Shown: positions 47,947 to 57,072, numbered from the stretch's first letter. The stretch is DNA of 64,000 bases from an uncultured Bacilli bacterium (GCA_947629445.1 CANRDU010000002.1:64047-128046); one strand, 5' to 3'. A program made the numbers and translations. The notes: a model not told the origin generated them from the letters alone.

Positions 47947-48888
47947 CTACCCCAATATTTTTCCTACAAGTTCTTCTTTATTTGGATAACCATTCATATA
48001 ATCTTGTGCTTTCATTCTCTTTTTTCCTTCTGGCTGAATCAATGTCAAAATAATTTCGCCATCTTTAACCGCTACATGAATTCCTTCTTTTCCAACTTGG
48101 ATAATCTCTCCTGGTATCTTACCTGTATACTCTTTTCCTATTTTAGATTCCCATATCTTCATACGACTGCCATTCAATAATGTGTACGCACCTGGAAAAC
48201 TATTTAAACCGCGTATTTGATTATAGACTTCTCTTCTCGTTTTCGTAAAATCTACTTTTTCTTCTTCCTTTGTAATATTATATGAAAAAGTAGCTTCCTC
48301 TTCGCTTTGTTTAATTCTTTCAATATTTCCACTAATAATATCTGGTAACGTTTCTTTTAATAAATCTCTTCCTAGTATACTCAATTTCTCGAATAATGAC
48401 TCTGCGGTATCCACATCTTCTATAGGAATTTCTCGTTGTCTAATAATATCCCCATCATCCATTCCTACATCCATATACATGATTGTCACACCAGTTTTCG
48501 TATCTCCTTCTAAAATAGCATGGTGAATCGGTGCCCCTCCACGATGTTTTGGAAGCAAAGAAGCATGAACATTAATGCATCCATATTTCGGAGAATCTAG
48601 TACTTCTTTTGGAATAATTTGTCCATAAGCACAAGTAACGATGATATCTGGATTTAACTTTAAAATATCTTCATACTCTTTTCGTATCTTTACTGGTTGA
48701 TAAATAGGGATATGATATTCTAGTGCCACTTGTTTGACTGGCGAGATACCAAGTTTTCCTGAACGTCCAACTGGTTTATCAGGTTGTGCGACCACTCCTA
48801 CTACCTCATAATTTTCAATTAACATTTTTAACACCGGTACACTAAAGTCCGGCGTTCCCATAAATACAACTGTTATTTTAGAATGCAT
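47947..48888 (-). CDS. fmt: methionyl-tRNA formyltransferase
   Basis: 313 aa with VVFMGTPDFSVPVL, INVHASLLPKHRGGAPI and a C-terminal Fmt domain. Confidence 0.95.
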   Translation of the reverse strand: MHSKITVVFMGTPDFSVPVLKMLIENYEVVGVVAQPDKPVGRSGKLGISPVKQVALEYHIPIYQPVKIRKEYEDILKLNPDIIVTCAYGQIIPKEVLDSPKYGCINVHASLLPKHRGGAPIHHAILEGDTKTGVTIMYMDVGMDDGDIIRQREIPIEDVDTAESLFEKLSILGRDLLKETLPDIISGNIERIKQSEEEATFSYNITKEEEKVDFTKTRREVYNQIRGLNSFPGAYTLLNGSRMKIWESKIGKEYTGKIPGEIIQVGKEGIHVAVKDGEIILTLIQPEGKKRMKAQDYMNGYPNKEELVGKILG

Positions 48889-48982
48889 ATCATCACCTAA
48901 AACTATTATAATATGTTTTCCATGTTTTTTCCACTCATAAACTTGCCATTGTTATTTTCACAAAAATATTTTACAATAAAAA

Positions 48983-49008
48983 TGCAATAAAAAGGCATTT
49001 ACCTGCGT
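48983..49008 (+). promoter_or_regulatory. candidate ECF-type autoregulated promoter
   Basis: TGCAAT, 17 nt, CGT(TA) loosely resembles the TGAAAC-N16/17-CGTA class, about 25 nt upstream of the sigma gene. Weak. Confidence 0.25.
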
Positions 49009-49032
49009 TATTATAGTGAGAGGGGCAAAATC

Positions 49033-49566
49033 ATGAAGCAATCACAAGGTTTAAATTTTCATGCTTCTTTTTTAGAAACATTACTTTCCAACATCAAGGA
49101 TGAGGAATCCTTCCATGAGTTATATATTCATCTAAAGGCACCTATTTATGCCTACAGCCTATCTCTATTAAAAAATAAAGAGGATGCTCTAGACAATGTC
49201 CAAGATGTCTTTATCACTCTTTACCGAGAAATAGATTCTTATCAACCAAATCAAAAGCCAATGAACTGGATATTTACTATCACTAGAAATGCCGCCCTTA
49301 CCAAGCTGCGGAAAAAAAGAATAACCGTAGAACTGGAAGGAAATGAAAATAGTATCCCATTTTCTAAAAAAGAAGATCAACTCGTATTTCAATTTTTCAT
49401 GGAACAACTAAAAGAAGAAGAACGAAACATTATTTTACTACATCTATTATGGGGATTTAAACACCGTGAGATTGCAACTCTTTTAAATAGTAATTTATCG
49501 ACTGTTCTATCAAAGTATCATCGTGCGATTAAAAAATTAAAAGAAATGGAGGAAGAACATGAATAA
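49033..49566 (+). CDS. ECF-family RNA polymerase sigma-70 factor
   Basis: 177 aa. Region 2 (DALDNVQDVFITLYREIDSY...WIFTITRNAALTKLRKK) and region 4 (LLHLLWGFKHREIATLLNSNLSTVLSKYHRAIKKLK). Confidence 0.85.
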   Translation: MKQSQGLNFHASFLETLLSNIKDEESFHELYIHLKAPIYAYSLSLLKNKEDALDNVQDVFITLYREIDSYQPNQKPMNWIFTITRNAALTKLRKKRITVELEGNENSIPFSKKEDQLVFQFFMEQLKEEERNIILLHLLWGFKHREIATLLNSNLSTVLSKYHRAIKKLKEMEEEHE

Positions 49567-50992
49567 AGAGGAAATACAAAAAAAATTATTTAACTTATTC
49601 GATGAACAGGTTCCCGATCAATTTGCTCAAATTCTCTCAAAAAGTCAAAAAGAAGAAAGGAATTATGATATGGAAAAAAATAAAAAAAATCAGGGTTGGT
49701 GGTGGAAACTTTCTATTGCATTTACATTCTTATTAATGTTTAGCGGATTTTTCTATGTTTATCAAGGAAATCACGCAGTTGACTCTATTATTGAAATTGA
49801 TGTTAACCCTAGTATTCAACTAGAAGTTAATAAACATGAAAAAGTAGTAAAATGGAGTGCCTTAAATGAAGATGCCGAAGAAATTCTAAAGGATATGGAT
49901 TTAAAAAATGTCGATATAGATGTCGCTTTAAACGCTATTATCGGATCTATGGTTACCAAAGGTTATCTAGACGACCTATCCAATTCTATTTTAATTTCTG
50001 TTGATAATGATGATCCAAAAAAGGCAGAGGAACTTCGTCAAGAATTAGCCCAAAAAATTAATCAGATTTTAAATACGGATAAAATAGAAGGTTCTATTCT
50101 AAGTCAAACCTTATCAGAAACTTCTAATAAAGAAAAGAAATCAGAGATAGATGCCTTAGCGCAAAAATACCATATCTCTACTGGAAAAGCAAAATTAATC
50201 CTTGAGGTGGTTGCTAATAATCCACTTCTAACAGTAGAAGACTTAGTAGATTTATCAATTAATGAAATTAATATTCTTACCCAAGGTAAGGAAAGTAGTT
50301 TATCAAGCATAGAAAAGCAAGGAAATGCTAGTACAAAAGCTTATATTGGCGAAGAAAAAGCAAAAGAAATAGCTTTCAATCATGCTGGAGTAAAAAATCC
50401 TCAATATGTCGAAATCGAATTCGATACGGAAAATGGTATTATCCTTTATGAAATAGAATTTTATGAAAATAATAACGAATATGAATATGAAATTAATGCT
50501 TTAACAGGAGATATCATCACGAATAAAAAAGAAGAAGAAAAAACAAACACTCCTTCTAACAATTCTGATAGCTTAATCTCTACAGAAAAAGCAAAAGAAA
50601 TTGCCCTTAATCATGCTGGTATCAAAAATCCTCAAAATTTAAAAGTTGAACTTGATAGAGAAGATCAAGAATATAGTGTTGAATTTACTTACAATGGATA
50701 CGAATATGAATATGAAATTAATGCTGTTACTGGTAAAATTATCAAATCAGAAAAAGAATTAGACGAATCGGCAAGTCGAAATAGTAATACTAATTTTATT
50801 TCTTCTGACAAAGCAAAAGAAATTGCTCTTAACCATGCCGGTATCAAAAATCCTCAAAATTTAAAAGTTGAACTTGATAGAGATGACCAGGAATATAGTG
50901 TGGAATTTCTCTATAACGGATACGAATACGAATATGAAATTAATGCTACTACTGGTAAAATTATCAAATCAGAAAAAGAAAGAGATGACTAA
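49559..50992 (+). CDS. putative anti-sigma factor: single TM plus three PepSY-like repeats
   Basis: Overlaps the sigma gene by 8 nt. TM WWWKLSIAFTFLLMFSGFFYVY. There are three copies of AKEIALNHAGIKNPQN..VELD....EYSVEF.YNGYEYEYEINA.TGKIIKSEKE (PepSY-type). Confidence 0.65.
   Translation: MNKEEIQKKLFNLFDEQVPDQFAQILSKSQKEERNYDMEKNKKNQGWWWKLSIAFTFLLMFSGFFYVYQGNHAVDSIIEIDVNPSIQLEVNKHEKVVKWSALNEDAEEILKDMDLKNVDIDVALNAIIGSMVTKGYLDDLSNSILISVDNDDPKKAEELRQELAQKINQILNTDKIEGSILSQTLSETSNKEKKSEIDALAQKYHISTGKAKLILEVVANNPLLTVEDLVDLSINEINILTQGKESSLSSIEKQGNASTKAYIGEEKAKEIAFNHAGVKNPQYVEIEFDTENGIILYEIEFYENNNEYEYEINALTGDIITNKKEEEKTNTPSNNSDSLISTEKAKEIALNHAGIKNPQNLKVELDREDQEYSVEFTYNGYEYEYEINAVTGKIIKSEKELDESASRNSNTNFISSDKAKEIALNHAGIKNPQNLKVELDRDDQEYSVEFLYNGYEYEYEINATTGKIIKSEKERDD
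50591..50980 (+). repeat. near-identical 168-bp direct repeats (222-bp period) encoding PepSY repeats 2 and 3
   Basis: 50591-50758 and 50813-50980 differ at only scattered positions by eye. A more diverged copy starts near 50360. Confidence 0.85.
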
Positions 50993-51008
50993 ACATCATC
51001 TCTTTTCT

Positions 51009-51572
51009 TTATACATATAGTCCCATATTCTCGTATCTGCCACGGTTAGAATTCGTATCTACATCATCCACCATAGCAATTACTACTTTTTGTTTTTTCA
51101 AGCTAGCTTTCACATCGATAATTCTCTGATTACTAGATCCTCTAAATTTTAAATTGTAACTATGTTTTGCCATGATAAATCTTCCATCTACTAAGATATC
51201 AATCTGTTTCAAGAAATCCATAATAGCTGGATTTTTTTTACTCATATCAAGCAATTCTTCAAAGGTAAATCCCGTATAACACCATACATCCATTTTATAT
51301 TTATGAACAGCACGAGCAATCAACGCACATGCTTCCGGTTGATAAAACGGATCTCCCCCACTAAAAGTTACTCCATCTTGAGCTTCTAGTTCAGAGATTT
51401 CTTCGATCATTTCATCGACATCTTTCTCAAAACCACCATCAAAATCATGTGTAGAAGGATTATGACAGCCAGGACAATTATGGAGACATCCCTGTGTCCA
51501 AACTACCGTCCTAATCCCCGTTCCATCTACCACACTATCTAATTGTAACTCACTCGCTAATCGAATTACCAT
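51009..51572 (-). CDS. nrdG: anaerobic ribonucleoside-triphosphate reductase activating protein (radical SAM)
   Basis: 187 aa with DGTGIRTVVWTQGCLHNCPGCHNP (CxxxCxxC). Confidence 0.93.
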   Translation of the reverse strand: MVIRLASELQLDSVVDGTGIRTVVWTQGCLHNCPGCHNPSTHDFDGGFEKDVDEMIEEISELEAQDGVTFSGGDPFYQPEACALIARAVHKYKMDVWCYTGFTFEELLDMSKKNPAIMDFLKQIDILVDGRFIMAKHSYNLKFRGSSNQRIIDVKASLKKQKVVIAMVDDVDTNSNRGRYENMGLYV

Positions 51573-51748
51573 TATTTTGCTTCAGCAGTTTTAATAGAGC
51601 ATTTAATTTCTTTGATTCCAGTATGTTTTACTCTATCTCTTTCCTCTGCTCTCTTTCCATTGTTAAAACGTTTTACATCTCCTGAAAGATATCCTGTCAC
51701 TCTTCTAATTCTTTCAAATCCTACACCTTCACCAACTAATTTTTCCAT
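51572..51748 (-). CDS. stand-alone NrdD glycyl-radical domain peptide (58 aa; not in ORF track)
   Basis: AGGAGG SD (51763-51758), 9 nt, ATG 51748. Product MEKLVGEGVGFERIRRVTGYLSGDVKRFNNGKRAEERDRVKHTGIKEIKCSIKTAEAK. RRVTGYL...FNNGK..E..DRVKH matches the NrdD C-terminal glycyl-radical motif. Its TAA overlaps the nrdG ATG (TAATG). Confidence 0.8.
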   Translation of the reverse strand: MEKLVGEGVGFERIRRVTGYLSGDVKRFNNGKRAEERDRVKHTGIKEIKCSIKTAEAK

Positions 51749-51769
51749 ATTTTTTATCCTCCTTCTTTA

Positions 51770-54082
51770 TTAACAGCCACAATTAAGGCTTTTTATTTCT
51801 TCTAGTGGTACGCTATCAAATTCTTTGCGTCCACATCCTGGGCAGACATCGTTGATAACACCAACATATCCACAAACAGGATCACGATCTACTGGATGGT
51901 TAATAGCTCCATAACCAATACCAGATTCTTTCATTAAGCGAATAACGCTTTCGAAAGCTTCTACATTTTGAACAGTATCTCCATCTAACTCTATATAAGA
52001 GATATGTCCACCATTCGTTAAAGCATGATATGGTGCCTCTAAGGCAATCTTATTTTTAATACTAATGTTGAAATAAACGGGAATGTGGAAAGAGTTCGTA
52101 TAATAACTTCTATCCGTTACTCCTTTGATATTTCCATAAATGGCTTTATCGATTCCTACAAAACGTCCTGACAAACCTTCTGCAGGGGTTGCAATTAACG
52201 TAAAGTTCAAATTATATTTCTGGCAATACTCATTGCATCTTTTTCTCATAAAGGTAATAATTTCAAGTCCCAATTTTTGAGCCTCTTCACTTTCCCCATG
52301 ATGTTTTCCAATTAAGGCTTTTAACGTTTCTGCCAATCCAATAAATCCAATCGTTAAAGTTCCATGTTTTAAAATTTTTCTTAAACGGTCCGTTGGTTTT
52401 AACTTATCTCCATCCGTCCATACACCAGAAGCAAGTAAGAATGGAAAGTTATATACTCTCTTATTACATTGAACCTCAAATCTTTCAAGTAATTGATCAC
52501 GAACCAAATCCATCATTTCTCCCAAATCTTCATAGAAGCCTTTCATATCTGCTTTTTCTCTTTCTTTCAAGCAAATACCATGCTTAATACCAAGTCTTGG
52601 TAAGTTAATAGAAGTAAATGATAAATTTCCACGTCCACCTGTTGTTTGATTATCTGGGTCGGTAACATCTGCCATAACACGTGTACGACAACCCATATAA
52701 CCAACTTCTGTTCTAAAATCTCCTTCTTTATAGTACTCTAAATTAAATGGAGCATCTAAGAATGAGAAATTTGGGAATAATCTCTTTGCAGATACCTTAC
52801 AAGCTAATTTAAACAAATCATAGTTAGGATCCTCTGGATTATAATTGACACCCTCTTTTACTTTAAAGATAGAAACTGGGAAAATTGGTGTTTCGCCTTT
52901 TCCAAGTCCAGCTTCCGTTGCTTCTAAGAAATTCTTAATAACCATTCTTCCTTCTGCTGAAGTATCCGTACCTAAGTTAATACTTGAAAACGGTACTTGA
53001 GCTCCTGCTCTAGAATGCATCGTATTTAAATTATGAACAAAAGCTTCCATTGCTTGATAAGTTTGACGATTCGTCTTAGCTAGTGCGCGATCATACGATT
53101 TTACAAATAGTCTTTTGATGGTAGAAGAATCTCCATAAATATGCTGAAATCTTTCAATATCAAATTCTATGGTTGTCAATTTATCAATTTCTTTTGCAAT
53201 TTTATCCATATTGATAAAATCAAATAAATCACAATAATCTAGCAAATCAAATATTTGTTGTTTAAATTCTTTCTTGAATGTTTTTAGTACACCAGGTGCT
53301 AAATAATAATCAAAAGCAGGAATACTTTGACCACCATGTTGATCATTTTGGTTAGATTGAATAGCGATAGCTGCAAGAGCACTGTAAGAACCAATTCCTT
53401 TTGGTGTTCTCAAATGTCCATGCCCAGTCGAAAATCCATTTTTGAATAGACGATCTAATTCAATCTGCATACAAGTAGTGGTTCCCATTGCTAAGAAGTC
53501 CATATCATGAATATGAATATCTCCTTCATCATGAGCCTGACTGAATCTTTTCTTCATCAAATAAGCTTTTGCAAACTCTTTAGATACCGTACTTCCATAC
53601 TGAAGCATAGTACCCATGGCACTATCTCCATCAATATTGGCATTTTCTCTTTTAGTATCATCTTCATTAGCTGACTTTAATCCAAGACCCTCTAATGTTT
53701 TTAAAAACTTATGTAGACGCTTATCATCGGAAAATAATTCTCTTGATTGATTTCTTCTTTCCCTATATTCAGAAAATGAAGTTCTAACATCATTATATCC
53801 TTGTTTTCCAAGCTCTTCTTCAATTAAATCCTGAATTTCTTCAATTTTTATTTTCGTTTCATTTTTGTATTTTTTCTCAATTGTTTTAATAACGCCAAGA
53901 TATACTTTATTAATATCTTTCTCCGTATAAACTTTGCATTCTTCTTCTTGTTCGTTTGTTTTTGTAACTACACTATCAAAACCTTTTTTAATAGCGATTG
54001 CAATTTTACTAGCATCAAACGTGACTTTTTTTCCATTTCTCTTGATGACGTCAAGAGTTATTTTTGTGTAAGTGTCTGACAT
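51770..54082 (-). CDS. nrdD: anaerobic ribonucleoside-triphosphate reductase large fragment (ATP-cone + barrel + Zn region, no glycyl-radical motif)
   Basis: 770 aa with an ATP-cone (VIKRNGKKVTFDASKIAIAIKKGF) and class III barrel motifs. It ends ...NHPVDRDPVCGYVGVINDVCPGCGRKEFDSVPLEEIKSLNCGC followed by TAA TAA. Confidence 0.9.
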   Translation of the reverse strand: MSDTYTKITLDVIKRNGKKVTFDASKIAIAIKKGFDSVVTKTNEQEEECKVYTEKDINKVYLGVIKTIEKKYKNETKIKIEEIQDLIEEELGKQGYNDVRTSFSEYRERRNQSRELFSDDKRLHKFLKTLEGLGLKSANEDDTKRENANIDGDSAMGTMLQYGSTVSKEFAKAYLMKKRFSQAHDEGDIHIHDMDFLAMGTTTCMQIELDRLFKNGFSTGHGHLRTPKGIGSYSALAAIAIQSNQNDQHGGQSIPAFDYYLAPGVLKTFKKEFKQQIFDLLDYCDLFDFINMDKIAKEIDKLTTIEFDIERFQHIYGDSSTIKRLFVKSYDRALAKTNRQTYQAMEAFVHNLNTMHSRAGAQVPFSSINLGTDTSAEGRMVIKNFLEATEAGLGKGETPIFPVSIFKVKEGVNYNPEDPNYDLFKLACKVSAKRLFPNFSFLDAPFNLEYYKEGDFRTEVGYMGCRTRVMADVTDPDNQTTGGRGNLSFTSINLPRLGIKHGICLKEREKADMKGFYEDLGEMMDLVRDQLLERFEVQCNKRVYNFPFLLASGVWTDGDKLKPTDRLRKILKHGTLTIGFIGLAETLKALIGKHHGESEEAQKLGLEIITFMRKRCNEYCQKYNLNFTLIATPAEGLSGRFVGIDKAIYGNIKGVTDRSYYTNSFHIPVYFNISIKNKIALEAPYHALTNGGHISYIELDGDTVQNVEAFESVIRLMKESGIGYGAINHPVDRDPVCGYVGVINDVCPGCGRKEFDSVPLEEIKSLNCGC

Positions 54083-54111
54083 CTTGATTTCCTCCTACTT
54101 TCTACACTTTG

Positions 54112-54141
54112 ATTATACTCTTCTTTTTTTGCAGAAATCAA
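54112..54141 (-). promoter_or_regulatory. candidate proximal sigma-A promoter for nrdD
   Basis: Minus strand reads TTGATT, 18 nt, TATAAT, about 30 nt upstream of the ATG (SD taggagga). Confidence 0.4.
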
Positions 54142-54505
54142 TACTTTTGGAACACTTTTTGAGTGGTTTTTGCATTATATTCCCTTTTGCCTTTATTTAT
54201 CAATTTTTTACTTTTCAAAAAATTTACATTTTTTATTTTTTGCTTTTTTTATTTTTTTGATGTTCGTGTTTTTAGAACACTTAATCGCCAGTTATCCTTT
54301 TGTTTACAATGAATTTGTATAATATATGTATATTTTTTACACATTTGATTTTTTTCTTATTTTTTTAATTTTTCATTTTTTTATTTTTTTACAAAAATCA
54401 ATTTTTCAACTTTTTTTATTTTTACTAAATCAAGGAAAAATAAGGGCGAACAACTGTTTTGAATGTATAAAAAAATAAGAATACTTTTTGGTTAAATATT
54501 CTTAT

Positions 54506-55324
54506 TTATTTTTTTTGACAATTTTGACAAAAATAGGTACTTCTTCCTCCTACAAAAATTCTCTCCACATTACTACCACATGTTGCACACACTTTTTGAT
54601 TATGAATTTTTAAATTTTGTTGGAATTTACCATGTACACCTTTTTCTGATTCATAACTACGAATGGTTGTCCCACCCATAGATATAGCCTCTTCTAATAT
54701 TTCTCTAGTAGCATTCCTTATCTTTTCACATTTTTGTTTAGTAAGACTAGATGCAATAGTTAAAGGATGAATATGTGCTTTAAACAATATTTCATCTGCA
54801 TAGATATTTCCAATACCCGTGATAACAGACTGGTCCAATAAAACAGTTTTAATCGGAATATTTCTCTTTTGAAACTGTTCCATTAAATATTTGGATGTTA
54901 ACGTATCATCCCACGGTTCTTTTCCTAACTTAGAAAGTGGCTCTTGTTGAAGGCAAGTATCTTTTGGAAATAAATACATCCTTCCAAACTTGCGTGTATC
55001 ATGGTACCGTAATTCTCTACCATCACTTAAAAGAAAAACGACATGCTCATGTTTACTCCGTTCCTCATCTGGTAGCTTAAAAAAATATTTTCCTTCCATG
55101 CGCAAATGACTAATGAAATCATAATCATCCAATTCAAAAATCAACCATTTACCCCTTCTACCCATTTTTCGGATTGTCTGTCCTTTTAATTTTTCCTGTA
55201 AACTTTTTTTCGTTTCATTAGCAAGAATTTTATCGTAATGTACCTTTACACCTTCGATACGGACATCTTGCAAATATCTCTCTAGCGTTCTTCTAACCGT
55301 TTCTACTTCTGGTAATTCTGGCAC
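54506..55324 (-). CDS. mutM: formamidopyrimidine-DNA glycosylase
   Basis: MPELPEVETVRRTL and a C-terminal CxxC...CxxC zinc finger (CATCGSNV...YFCQNCQ). Confidence 0.93.
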   Translation of the reverse strand: MPELPEVETVRRTLERYLQDVRIEGVKVHYDKILANETKKSLQEKLKGQTIRKMGRRGKWLIFELDDYDFISHLRMEGKYFFKLPDEERSKHEHVVFLLSDGRELRYHDTRKFGRMYLFPKDTCLQQEPLSKLGKEPWDDTLTSKYLMEQFQKRNIPIKTVLLDQSVITGIGNIYADEILFKAHIHPLTIASSLTKQKCEKIRNATREILEEAISMGGTTIRSYESEKGVHGKFQQNLKIHNQKVCATCGSNVERIFVGGRSTYFCQNCQKK

Positions 55325-55328
55325 TTTA

Positions 55329-55973
55329 TCACTTCACTTTTTTCTTAATATCTTCTTTTAACATCGTTCCTGCCATATCGTTTCCATCTAAAGCTTCTAA
55401 AACTCTTTTCACAGGATCCATAGAAGTTCCATATAAATAATTATAAACTTCATTTTCTTCTATCTCAAATTCACTCATACCATTATAAATTAGTTCTTGA
55501 ACGTAATACCGAAATAGTTGTTCATTTCTTTTTTTAACCATTTCCGATTCATTTTCATAGCATTGAATTCGATAGGTTCCATCAAACACTAAGTTTTTTT
55601 CTCTTGAATAAGAAGCATAGTATGGCATATATCCTAAATCATAACCTAATGAAGATAACATTAATAATTCTTTTCTCATATTCTCTAACGATTGCTTTAA
55701 TCGTGATCCTCCCCCAGTAAGGGAGAAAAGCCAATCATCATCTATCCATGGGGTTGCACATCCAACATACTTTCCATCCTGATAAACAGGATAACGAGGT
55801 AATAAAATGGATTTGGTTCGTACTTTCGATAATGCAATACAATTTTTTTCACTAATAAATTCTTTGGTAGTAGGAAAAATTCTAATTTTATCTTTGCCAA
55901 TATGATATACATCGATATCTCCTATACAATAATGTGATTTTATTCTTTCTAATGTTAATTCTCTCTTTTCCAT
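55329..55973 (-). CDS. hypothetical protein (214 aa)
   Basis: Start refined to ATG 55973 (MEKRELTLERIK) after SD GGGAGGA. No family recognised. Confidence 0.5.
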   Translation of the reverse strand: MEKRELTLERIKSHYCIGDIDVYHIGKDKIRIFPTTKEFISEKNCIALSKVRTKSILLPRYPVYQDGKYVGCATPWIDDDWLFSLTGGGSRLKQSLENMRKELLMLSSLGYDLGYMPYYASYSREKNLVFDGTYRIQCYENESEMVKKRNEQLFRYYVQELIYNGMSEFEIEENEVYNYLYGTSMDPVKRVLEALDGNDMAGTMLKEDIKKKVK

Positions 55974-56038
55974 AAAATCCTCCCGCAAAATTATTTCATT
56001 ATATAACAAATCGCATAGTCTAGTCAACCCCTTTGTGC

Positions 56039-56062
56039 AAAAAAAATAGGCTTTCGCCTATT
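56039..56062 (-). terminator. intrinsic terminator after rpmA
   Basis: Transcript AATAGGC-gaaa-GCCTATT followed by T8. Confidence 0.7.
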
Positions 56063-56064
56063 TA

Positions 56065-56352
56065 TTATGCCTCTGGATAGACACTCACTTGTTTTCTATC
56101 TTTTCCAACACGTTCAAATTTTACATATCCACTAATTTTTGCATAAACAGTATCATCTTTACCAATACCTACATTTGTACCTGGATAAATTTTAGTTCCT
56201 CTTTGACGATAAAGAATAGATCCACCTGAAACATATTCTCCATCTGCTGCTTTAGCACCTAATCTCTTAGAGATAGAGTCACGTCCATTTTTGGTGGAAC
56301 CTTGACCTTTTTTATGAGCGAATAATTGGATATTTAATGTCATCAATTTCAT
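56065..56352 (-). CDS. rpmA: 50S ribosomal protein L27 (with a cleavable N-terminal extension)
   Basis: [26 protein letters not shown]: the Firmicute pro-peptide ending in F/A, before AHKKG. Confidence 0.96.
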   Translation of the reverse strand: MKLMTLNIQLFAHKKGQGSTKNGRDSISKRLGAKAADGEYVSGGSILYRQRGTKIYPGTNVGIGKDDTVYAKISGYVKFERVGKDRKQVSVYPEA

Positions 56353-56366
56353 GTGATGAGCACCTC

Positions 56367-56672
56367 CTATCTTATAATTTTAATATACTTTTTATAATCA
56401 TGAGCCAAATTATCTAATAGACTAATCATATTCTCTACCAGTTTATCAATAATAGTATCATGCTTCATAATTCCTACTTCTAGAAAACCATCAGCTTCAC
56501 TATATACAACACATTCCTCATCAATACTTATTAAAGCATTAATGGTTGTAATACAAATACAAGATACAGAAGCACATACAATATCAAAACCAGGTTCTGC
56601 ATATTCCGCATGTCCTTCTACCTTAATATAGTGATACTTATCTTCTTTTTTTTTCAAAGTAATTGTTATCAT
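56367..56672 (-). CDS. prp: ribosomal-processing cysteine protease Prp (YsxB)
   Basis: 101 aa with [20 protein letters not shown] (His/Cys dyad), located between rplU and rpmA. Confidence 0.88.
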   Translation of the reverse strand: MITITLKKKEDKYHYIKVEGHAEYAEPGFDIVCASVSCICITTINALISIDEECVVYSEADGFLEVGIMKHDTIIDKLVENMISLLDNLAHDYKKYIKIIR

Positions 56673-56673
56673 A

Positions 56674-56976
56674 CTATTTTACTTTAATACTTTTAATCTC
56701 TACTTTGGTGTATGGTTGACGGTGACCTTGTGTTCTATGGTAATTTTTCTTTTGATTGTATTTATAAACAATAACTTTCTTTGTCTTACCATGCTTTACT
56801 ACAGTACCAGTAACTTCAGCACCTGCAACATAAGGTTGACCAACTTTTCCATCTGCCATTAAAACTTTGTCAAACGTTACAGTTTTTCCTGCCTCTACAT
56901 CAAGTTTTTCAACGTAAAGTACAGTTCCTTCTTCTACATAGTACTGTTTTCCACCAGTCTCAATAACTGCTTTCAT
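56674..56976 (-). CDS. rplU: 50S ribosomal protein L21
   Basis: [17 protein letters not shown]... Confidence 0.96.
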   Translation of the reverse strand: MKAVIETGGKQYYVEEGTVLYVEKLDVEAGKTVTFDKVLMADGKVGQPYVAGAEVTGTVVKHGKTKKVIVYKYNQKKNYHRTQGHRQPYTKVEIKSIKVK

Positions 56977-57066
56977 ATTTTCCTCCTTTATAAATCTCAG
57001 ACTCGCCTTTCAGGTTCTTCTCATACTCTGCCTTGCCGTGCGGTTGTAGAATGAGGCTCTACACAG
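56977..57066 (-). promoter_or_regulatory. structured 5' UTR consistent with the Firmicute L21 leader
   Basis: A GC-enriched, stem-rich segment of about 90 nt (e.g. CTCAT...ATGAG, CCGcaCGG, CCTgaaAGG) between the promoter and the rplU SD. No covariance model was run. Confidence 0.5.
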
Positions 57067-57072
57067 TTATAA

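Noticed and set aside
51749-51772. Interpretation of the nrdD / small-ORF junction as a frameshift or nonsense pseudogene.
   Set aside because: There is no frameshift, since the small ORF is in the same frame. The junction carries two consecutive TAA codons and a consensus AGGAGG at ideal spacing from a new ATG. Both pieces are otherwise intact and coupled to nrdG. A sequencing error cannot be excluded without reads, so this remains the stated refutation test.
54181-54420. Repetitive T-tract region as a possible CRISPR array or minisatellite.
   Set aside because: There is no repeated unit of fixed length or sequence, only homopolymer tracts of variable spacing. No cas genes are present.
54083-54505. 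NrdR boxes upstream of nrdD.
   Set aside because: I looked for the 16-bp acaCwAtATaTwGtgt-type palindrome. The closest words, ACCACTCAAAAAGTGT and GTGTTtttagAACAC, have shifted or inverted half-sites. I do not consider them supported.
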